A stretch of 64,000 bases of DNA from the NCBI GenBank assembly GCA_964023285.1, contig CAXIEN010000093.1, positions 2,247,739 through 2,311,738 on the forward strand, given 5' to 3'. Positions within the stretch are counted from its first letter, which is position 1; each line of letters opens with the position of its first letter. The notes under the pieces are model-generated. The model worked only from the letters and a program-made list of their open reading frames with translations, searched no databases and was not told the origin of the DNA. A program made the position numbers and the translations under genes. Positions 55,197 to 64,000 of the stretch are shown in pieces. Origin of the DNA: Larinioides sclopetarius. Its lineage: Eukaryota.

Positions 55197-56696
55197 TAGT
55201 TCGACTATTTCAAAAGAGAGATGTTTAAAATTAAAAGAAATCCTCTGGGTCGAAGATTTATTGAAAAACTATTAAAATGCTCAGTACTAACTTTAAACAA
55301 TAATGCAAATACTTATTTGAATTTTGAAAACATCAAATAATAAAACGATCATCGTTTTTTCTCCATCGTCTTCTTGTCTTTACATATCGTCTAACGCAGA
55401 ACATGCTGCATAATTCTTAGAAAAAAAAGCAATTATCAAAAGAAAAATAGAGAAATCTTAGAAAAATAGATGAAGCTTGATTCTTTTCAAATAACTACAT
55501 GGATAAAAGATCAATTTAGTATCATCAAAAAGGAGGAAGAAATCATAAAACATTGTTTAAAGTATCTATAAAGTTTATCTATGGAATTTATATATGATTG
55601 TTGATGGTTTTTAATATAACGGCAAAAGTAAATTAAAGAGAGTGGAGGAAAATGTTAAGATCAGCTCCATATATACTAACTGGAACAAATTTTACCTTAA
55701 ATCTTTAATTATGAAAGAACATTTCTTTACTCACAATGCCATAAATCAAAAGAACTGCATCAAGACAAAGCAAGCAATCCCAATCCACAATTAATTTTCT
55801 GAAAATAATAGAATATGAAATGGGACATACTAAGATTGCATGTACCCTTCATTGATATTCCAGCTCAATCTGCTGTTGCATCAATCACAGATTTCTACGC
55901 TTTTGAACTTTTAAAAAGCACCTTATACAAATGTTGACATAACAACCCTTTGTGGACTTTGGAAAGCTTTTCAGCGACAAAATACCCTTCCCAATACAAG
56001 AACAAGTATTATTATCATAGAAATGACGATGTAAAATTATAATAATAAGATTGATTCAACTAAACATTTAAAACAAAAAAATTGTTCTGCAAATACCAAA
56101 AAAAAAAATCAAAAATGTGCTAACAGCCTCTGTACAAATAATTTGAAGTAACCTTACGTTGTTTAATATTTTTTTAAAAAAAACAGAATAAGACATTAAA
56201 ATAATTGCAATCCGCTTGCCGTCCCATCCACGGGGTAAGTGTCACTAGCAACTGATGTTATCATTTGCTCTACTGTGACGGCACATCATTTCTTATCCTG
56301 CAATTCCCACAAAAGAATATAATGTGTAGCTCTTAGAATCGCATAAGCCGCTCGTTATGGGGACTGTTTCACGTCGGACGTTTTTTTTATCGCGGCGGCC
56401 GGTCTTGCAACATGTCTGGGATGCTTCAGCAAGGACTGGATTATTTTATTGATTCTTCTCATGCAAGCAGAGCTTTAGATTTTGAAAGTGGGGCTTCCTG
56501 ATTGGCAAACATGGCGTGAATGCACGAAATGATTCCATAATAAATAATATTTTAAAAATTTATAATACTTCTCAATAAACACAGAAGGTGTTTTTTTCTA
56601 AAAAGAATATTTAATATTCTTTCTCCTTCTTTCACTGTCTTTCTTTCTAAAATAAAGGAATGTAATTCAACGCGCATTTTATTTAGCAACCAGTGG

Positions 56697-57584
56697 AAGT
56701 GGCCTTCCCTAAACTTTCTCGTATAGTTCCCCTGAATTATTCCTCGTTTCCTATCCTCCATCGTTGATAAGAAAAATAAAAAATCCACCGACTGTGAAAA
56801 CTATATACCTGACAAGAATTTTGAATCTGCTTTATGCGCGAAAAGTCATTTTCACGTAATTAAAATAATACAACCGCTAGCAGAATTCCCCAAAAAAGAA
56901 AAACGGAACCAAAGCGGAAGTAGAAACAAACTAGGAATTCCTAATTGCAAACCTTTTTTGCTTGCTTACAAAACAACGTTTTCCGCATGCATGCGTATAA
57001 TAAATTTGGTTAGTGAATTATACCCCTTCTATTTAATCGAATGGGGCGAAATTTTTACACACGTTTACAATTTTCATTAGCATAAGTCATACTAAATTTT
57101 ATAGATGTAGACCAAAGGGTTTAAGAGTTATAAATTTTGCAAATATGGGATTATACAGACCGCCTGACGGTCAACCCTGTGACGGATTTGGCCCAAAATT
57201 TTATACGGACAGGCATTTATGATGAGAAAACTGTGTATCAAATTTTATCTATCTAGCTATTGAAGTTTTTGAGTTATTGAGTTCACATGAACGCGGACAG
57301 ACAGACAGACATACTTCCCGTACGCGGATGTTGCCCAAAATTTGATCATTTCTTACAAATCATGTAAAAAGACCACATACCAAATTCCAGCTTTGTAGCT
57401 ATAATAGTTTTTGAGTTATCGTGTTCACAGACAGACAGACAGACACACAGACAGACAGACAGACATAATTCCAAAATTGTGTTTTTCGGACTCAGGGAGG
57501 TCTAAAACGTGGAGATTCGTCAAAATCTCGAGTTCGAATTTTTTGACGATTACTATACTTTCTCTATACGAGAAAGTAAAAAGC
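56697..57584 (-). mobile_element. Family-F2 element / right arm of the large inverted repeat, the reverse complement of 52064..53050 except for a substituted roughly 120-bp segment at 56870-56990
   Basis: 56697-56780 is the reverse complement of 52965-53050. 56990-57430 is the reverse complement of 52200-52640. The tail 'cagacagacagacaga...gattactatactttctctatacgagaaagtaaaaag' is at 57428-57584. Confidence 0.75.
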
Positions 57585-58208
57585 AATCCATGGTCATAAT
57601 TAAATTAACAGCCAAAACGCAAGAAGAAAACACCCGAGAATGCTGACGAATGGGATAAAAAGCAGCGAAACTTTTGGACGCGCAAGGAGAACCGAATCAA
57701 CAGCCTTCTGCGACGTTGCGTTGTTTCGCGCCGCGAGCACGTGACCTTGGTGTAGCTACAGCGGAAACGCGTGTATGTAGTTGCGTATTATAAATTTGGT
57801 TAATGAATTATACCCCTTCTACTTGATCGAATGGGACGAAATTTTTACACACGTTTACAATTTTTATTAGCATAAGTCATACTAAATTTTATAGATGTAG
57901 ACCAAAGGGTTTAAGAGTTATAAATTTTGCAAATATGGGATTATACAGACCGCCTGACGGTCAACCCTGTGACGGATTTGGCCCAAAATTTTATACGCAC
58001 AGGCATTCATGATGAGAAAACTGTGTATCAAATTTTATTTATCTATCTATAGAAGTTTTTGAGTTCACATGAACGCGGACAGACAGACAGACATACTTCC
58101 CGTAGGCGGATGTTGCCCAAAATTTGATAGAATCTTACAAATAATGTAAAAAGACCACATACCAAATTTTAGCTTCGTAGCTATAATAGTTTTTGAGTTA
58201 TCGTGTTC

Positions 58209-58245
<37 letters not shown>

Positions 58246-58797
58246 ATTCCAATTAATCGAATTGGGCGAAATTTTAACACACGTTTACAATTTTTATTAG
58301 CATAAGTCATACTAAATTTTATAGTTATAGACCAAAGGGTTTAAGAGTTATAAGGGTTGCAAATATGGGATTATACAGACCGCCTGACGGTTAACCCTGT
58401 GACGGATTTGACCCAAAATTTTATACGGACAGGCATTTATGATGACAAAACTGTGTATCAAATTTTATCTATCTAGCTATTAAAGTTTTTGAGTTATTGA
58501 ATTCACATGAATTCGGACAGACGGACAGACATACTTCCCGTAGGCGGATGTTGCCCAAAATTTGATCATTTCTTACAAATCATGTCAAAAGACCACATAC
58601 CAAATTTCAGCTTCGTAGCTATAATAGTTTTTGAGTTATCGTGTTCACAGACAGACAGACAGACACACAGACAGACAGACATAATTCCAAAAATGTGTTT
58701 TTCGGACTCAGGGGGGTCCAAAACGTGGAGATTCGTCAAAATCTCGAGTTCGAATTTTTTGACGATTACTATACTTTCTCTATACGAGAAAGTAAAA
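57585..58797 (-). mobile_element. Tandem head-to-tail continuation of F2 units: the GC-rich segment (57590-57790, reverse complement of 52650-52860), then two further partial F2 bodies (57790-58250 without tail; 58250-58797 with tail), each with two (GACA)n tracts
   Basis: 'ttataaatttggtta(a/g)tgaattataccccttct...gtttaagagttataaattttgcaaatatgggattatacagaccgcctgacggtcaaccctgtgacgg' recurs at 56985, 57787 and 58300. ORFs 57411..57599, 58065..58310 and 58507..58863 are (GACA)n artefacts ('QTDRQTD', 'VCLSVC'). Confidence 0.7.
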
Positions 58798-59817
58798 AGA
58801 AAAGAAATTAATAGGTTAAAAGATTTTAAGAACTATTATAATTGTTTTAGTATTATTTTCTAATAGAGTTCATTGTGCAAGGGTTTACTGCGTTTCAAGG
58901 ATCATTACATTTCAACATATGTTACTTAAGTCCGTTATTGCGTAAATGATTAAGAATCTTTCTTCCCTCTAAGGAGATACGAATATCCACAAATTGCATA
59001 AGTTGCGCCAGCTTCTTGCGCTGCTGCTTTCCTCCAATAAAACAGTAGGTTTTAGAATAAAATTAGTGCATGATTAGCAGTTAATCCACAAATGGAGGAA
59101 ATTCTAATAAACTTTCTGCACATGTAATATGAAGAACAAACCAAACAACTGTCAAAAATTATCATAAAAAAACGCTCCCATTTTTTTTAGTATTTTCTAA
59201 GTATTTTTATGTTTTTTTCTTCCAATCTTAGTATTTTGTCAGCTTAGCCAAATCTTACCCTTACTCCATCAAAAGCAAGAATCCAATTTATAACGTATTT
59301 TTGTAAAATATTTACTCAAATTCGAATGAAAGCGAATAAAAATTCTAGTAACGTAGCAGATCTGTATGTAACTCATTTTTCCCCCTTACCTTACGCTTTT
59401 ATTCTTCGCGATACTGTAATATCTTCGTGAAAATACTGAAAAATGCATCATACAGACATAAAAATGATAAACTTAAAAAAATGAGATGAAATGTTATTTA
59501 TGTTATGTTAGACTTTCGGTACAAAATGCTATATTCTGAGGCTGTCGTCTTGGTCGTGTGGGAGGGGGGGGGACATGTTACTTTATTTCCACTGAAGTAT
59601 TCACTCTACTGCTTCAAAAGTTATCGGCCTAATTATACAAAACAGTTTAATCTGTGAGTGCCTTCAGTGTATATATTATGTAATAGGAAGAAGTAAATAA
59701 ATGTAATTGTTGAAGTTATAAATTCCAATACAAATTTTCTGGAATTTAGCCTTTATAAGTTAATCTATCGTTTATAAAAAAAAATCGACCAACAATCATA
59801 TGGAATTGAATATGGTT

Positions 59818-59822
<5 letters not shown>

Positions 59823-59849
<27 letters not shown>

Positions 59850-59850
59850 T
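59823..59850. repeat. (TA)n microsatellite
   Basis: Direct reading. Confidence 0.9.
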
Positions 59851-60800
59851 AATAATAATAATTAATAGCATATTCACTAATATGTCTCGTCAACAAAAAA
59901 TCAGTTTAAAAATTATTTAAAAAAAAGAGATAAAATGTATTTAAATATCATAATAATTATTGCAACTTTTCGGTGTAAATCTGATTTCTACAAATGTTAT
60001 CGCTTAAAACTTTTTAGTGTTTTGATATCTTTATTCCATGAAGTGAATTTTCATTTTTATTTGTTTATAAATTATTTCACATACAAATATATGAAGACAT
60101 TTACATGTCTTTTTATTTCATAGAAAAGACGTTTTTATATTAATTAAAAATTATTAGTAAATTAACACTGATAGAGTCATTTTTCATGCATTTGGAAAAT
60201 ATTTTATATTCATATACATCAAGTAGATTCTTTCGAGGTTTACCATCATGCAAATAAATGAATGAATTTTAAAACTATTTTTCTACTGTTTTAAAAAATT
60301 AAAATCTTTCTATTAATTTAGTATTTGTAACACAGGAAATTTTTCTAGAGTGATAATTCAAATTTTATATAAAAATAGAATGAAAATAAAAGATATACAA
60401 AAATGCGTTATGTGATATAGGAGAAAATATTTTTGATTATTTAAAAAAAACTCTTTCATATATTTCCAATTTTTTTTATTATGGCATACAAATCTAATAC
60501 ATATAACAATATATTAAATAAATGGCCGATTTGTTTAGTGAATTCAAAAAGAATCTTGTAATCAGAACATTGCTAATTGGCTAATGATTGTTAATAAAAT
60601 CATCTGTATTTCAAATCTAGAAACCTTTTTGATATCTATAGTTCTTTTCATGCATCTTATCTCTTAGAGAAATTTAAAATATTTTATTTTTCTTTCTGTC
60701 CGGTACAAGGAACCAATGTCTCGTTAATAATCAACATACAAATTTTTAAGTTTAGCTAAATTTACAATGCATTATTCTAAGTAATAAAGCAATCTCTTAC

Positions 60801-61215
60801 CTTTCACAGTCGCCGTTATTTTATCCAAATTTGGTGCATTAATTCGGACCATGCTAGAGTTAAGTCTGAATCTTCCCGTTTCTAACTGGCTTAGAAGGAA
60901 TATTTTTGAATCTCTTACTATAACCTTACTAGTACAAATATCAGAATTGCCGAAACCTTCCACAAGAAGCGATTCACCAGGTCTCAAATGATCACCTTTC
61001 ACCACCCTCTTCACCAGCACTTCACCACTGTATAAACCCTCTTGGCCACCGTATAGTCGCCTGACAGTACCAGTAAGTACAACATCTGCCATATTTTCCC
61101 TCACTTTCAATCTTTCTTCTGGGCATTCTCTAAATCGTCTGCGACGTGCTTCAACCAAGCTGAGCTGGAAAACGATTACCCCAAGTAACAACAAACACAA
61201 TTTGTATGAACCCAT
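60801..61215 (-). CDS. AGRN-like: Agrin-like exon 1, with the start codon at 61215. It encodes a signal peptide (MGSYKLCLLLLGVIVFQLSLVEA) and an NtA (N-terminal agrin, laminin-binding) domain
   Basis: The translation RECPEERLKVRENMADVVLTGTVRRLYGG...YSGEVLVKRVVKG...GFGNSDICTSKVIVRDSKIFLL...FRLNSSMVRINAPNLDKITATVK aligns block-by-block, from memory, with chick/human agrin NtA (CPERELQRREEEANVVLTGTV...YSCKVRVWRYLKG...[22 protein letters not shown]...LMLNSSLMRITLRNLEEV). Start-codon context is caagATGG. The donor G|GTAAGA is at 60801/60800, in phase 1. Confidence 0.85.
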
Positions 61216-61450
61216 CTTGACGGAATTGATTGCAATATTTACACAATCATCATTCGGGAGGAAAACATCTGTGGGGTCGTCTTCTGCTCAGCTGCTCATT
61301 GGAAATCAAGTTCAGACTGAGGAAAAAGTGGGTCGAAAACGTTGTTCCCACCTACGATGAATCAGGAAATCACTTGAATGGCCTCGGGGTTTGCCGTTTA
61401 TGGTATACGACGCTCGTCGTCTTGTCGTCTTAGCACCTGCCCAAATTTTG
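61216..61450 (-). promoter_or_regulatory. Putative 5'UTR / core-promoter region of the agrin-like gene; locally GC-richer than the surrounding AT-rich DNA
   Basis: CpG-containing stretch ('cgacgctcgtcgtcttgtcgtc', 'ggcctcggggtttgccg') immediately upstream of the ATG on the coding (minus) strand. No clean TATA or Inr can be asserted, and the TSS is unknown; an additional upstream non-coding exon cannot be excluded. Confidence 0.3.
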
Positions 61451-64000
61451 CTTATTTATTTTGCATAGATGGAAAGTTTGGGTTAGAAATCGATTGGTAA
61501 TTCATGGATACGCAAGAAAGGTGACGATATTTTCATTATGACTGCAGTATTCCTACAAAATTGTAGTTTATTTATTACTATAAATTAGAAAATACCTGTA
61601 GTGATGCTGAACTCTCTAAAAACTGCTTCCAATAATAAATGTAAATATTTTAAAAGGTCTAATTTATCTCTTATAATAATTTTTTTAGATTATTTAATCA
61701 AATTCGTATAATCTAAAAAATTATGATTGGATTTTTTATCTAAGATATCAAAAAATATTTTTAACCAAATTTCAGTGAATGAATTATTGATACCACGTTA
61801 AATAAAATTGATAAAGGGTCTACTCACAGAAAAATCCGTTTTTAAGTATCTAAAAAAATTTTTTTTAGTATTAAGTCTAGTTTATGAGCAGTTCTCAAAG
61901 AATTAGCTTTTTCTCATCTATATTTCTTGGAAGCTTATTTTAACAAAATATATGAGCACATCTTTCAAAAACAGGAAAATGAAATTCAAAAGGACCAGGA
62001 AAGCTCATTCTTTAAATTTGTTTCTTAGCATATTTTTTTTATTGAAATATATTTTTATTACTCTATTTATTTGCATTATATTTTTAATTTATTTATAAAT
62101 ATGTATATTTTATATACAATTTTATATTGTATATTTATTAATATACTTGCATATATATATATAGCTCTGCCAATGCAGTTATATCAACTAACCTGCAAAT
62201 ATAGTAAAAGAATAAAAATTTCTTCCTTGTTCTACGAAAAAGTTTCCTATTTCACTTTACAATTTCATCCATAAATTCTGTGAATGAGGTCAAAGAGAAT
62301 ATAGATACTAAAAAGAATGTACAGTCAATGCCCTAATTTTGGACACTTTTTAACTTTGATATGCAATTACCATATTTAAAAAACACTTGATGTATTCAAT
62401 GGCCATTTACTTAATATAAAGAGCTTTATTAAGGTAATATTTTTTACATTTACCCTTTTTCTTCTATATAATTTTTTTAAAAATTGCTTTATCCCAACTT
62501 AGAGATACCATCTGTAATTCGGAACACTCTCTATTTGAAATATTGTCCTTCTTAATTCTTCTTTATTTATAAATATAATACAACAAAGAAAACGAGTTTT
62601 AATTAAATGTTTTGAATAGGTTAACTTAAACAGCACTTTTTGATTTTAGAATAATTGAAACAGCTAACAATTCTGCATAATTTACACTTGGAACAATAAA
62701 TAGCAATATAGCATTTTAACAATTGTTGACTAATTTTAATTTATTCTAGTATTGTACATCAAAATTATAACAAATAATGTTTTATTAGTTGGATATGAAT
62801 CGAGCGCGTCCCTGATCTCACTCAGAAGCTTGATGACTCCTTCAATTCTTTCAAGAGGAATATTTATCTCAATGTTTTCAACATTTCGATAATTTTGCAA
62901 GTACTGTTTGTCACTTGAAGTGCTTGCCTATGAAGACCTTTTCACATTATGTCTTCTTGCCTTCATTGTAGGTGAATTTAAACTCTGCAAAGTCGCCCTC
63001 ATTGACAATTCCCGTCGGGATCCGCTGACATCCACTTCGATTTCATCAATACCTTCATATACACCATTCAATACCTTCATAATCCAAACATGGGACAGTG
63101 TTCCAAGTTCGGCTTATATGTGCATTTTATTGTAAAACTACATACTTGTCAAAAGCAAAACGATTGAAGCAAAAAATAATGATTAGACCTTCATGACAAC
63201 ACTTAAGGTATATTCAGTTATGTAACTGATTTGAGTTAAATACATTGAAGTAACTTGTACAGACGAAGTAATCAAAGATAATTAAAATTTTCATTTCCTA
63301 GTAAAATTTAAAACTTAAATAACTTACCTTAATTTCAAGAATAATTTATAAAATGAACCTCTATTTTGTAAAATAACAAATGAACTTCGTTTACGCTCAA
63401 TAAGCAGACAACTGGAATACCACTTAAGTATTTTCCAACCGTTAATATAAAAAGTAACAAGTAAAAGTAAAAGTGTCCCAAGTTAGGGCATTTGACTGTA
63501 TTTAAAATACTTTTAAAACATGTTTCTGATAGATCATTATAAAATTCGATGACAATTCAAAATGAACCTATACAAAAAATTTTGGTAATTCAGTCAAAAT
63601 ACAGCAAAACTTTTTTTCAAAGAGAAAATATCAATTCATTTCACCTTAAACATATTCAGCAGCTAATAATCAATTTTCAGTTGTGATACAGATACAGTGC
63701 ATTTCTTTATAAATTTCCATAAAGCTTATCTTCAGCTTTTAACAGGAGAAAAATCTTTCCCATTCATTTATTGCTGATCAACGGCAATTCTAAAATATGT
63801 TATGTAATATAACACAAAGCCGAATTCCGAGGAGAGTGTTGCTGTAAATATTACATTTTTTATAAGTTATGCAAATGGTATATCAGAATGATTTTTTCTC
63901 TCTATATATTGGACTAGGTTGGTACAATTATCATATCACAAAGCGAACAGTCTCACTTCTCTCACGTAACTAATTTATAGCGCCTCTAATCACCTTGTAG

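Larger units (their letters stand above)
30235..60800 (-). other. AGRN-like: Roughly 30.6 kb intron (phase 1) of the agrin-like gene between the NtA exon and the first FS exon, composed almost entirely of repeats
   Basis: The donor phase of exon 1 and the acceptor phase of the FS exon are both 1. The joined peptide reads ...ATVK-E-PCEKKHC..., mirroring the vertebrate agrin NtA-to-FS1 order. Small intervening exons cannot be excluded from sequence alone. Confidence 0.55.

Noticed and set aside
52178-58863. ORFs 52178..52399, 57411..57599, 58065..58310, 58507..58863
   Set aside because: They are translations of (GACA)n/(CAGA)n microsatellites inside F2 copies ('VCLSVCLSV', 'QTDRQTDRQTD').
30235-60800. 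An alternative transmembrane (SN-type) first exon of agrin inside the big intron
   Set aside because: I looked for minus-strand hydrophobic ORFs ending in a phase-1 donor. The only candidates fall in microsatellite or repeat sequence (58065..58310, 56552..56788), so none is credible from sequence alone.
62780-63120. Minus-strand peptide-like stretch (...HVWIMKVLNGVYEGIDEIEVDVSGSRRE...) upstream of the agrin start
   Set aside because: It is only about 60 codons long, has no start, splice or homology support, and is interrupted in the other frames. It is possibly a decayed TE ORF.

Overview
This is an AT-rich, intron-dominated eukaryotic (metazoan) genomic window, not a prokaryotic one. The agrin identification suggests an arthropod or other invertebrate with very large introns. 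The clearest content is the 5' end of an agrin-like gene on the minus strand. Exon 1 (61215..60801) encodes a signal peptide plus the laminin-binding NtA domain. About 30.5 kb downstream on the same strand, a follistatin/Kazal (FS) exon (about 30234..30019) has a compatible phase-1 boundary. The intervening intron, and the region below 30 kb, is filled with microsatellites, several tandem satellite arrays, MITE/foldback elements, and two related non-autonomous element families I call F1 and F2. F1 and F2 share a terminal module made of a palindrome plus (GACA)n. Between 52 and 58.8 kb these elements form a large nested inverted repeat with roughly 0.9-1 kb arms around a 3.6 kb core. It lies inside the agrin intron, is transcribed with it and could fold into long dsRNA. 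On the plus strand there are two well-formed exons of an unidentified gene (3313..3585 and 6600..6688). They are most likely nested antisense within an agrin intron. The last ~36 nt of the FS exon plus ~220 bp of adjacent intron have been tandemly triplicated (29277..30055). This creates pseudo-exon ends with splice-like sites. Nearly every ORF in the six-frame track is a translation artefact of repeats. I did not detect a conventional multi-gene system; the notable biology is the agrin locus architecture and the repeat-derived hairpin structures.
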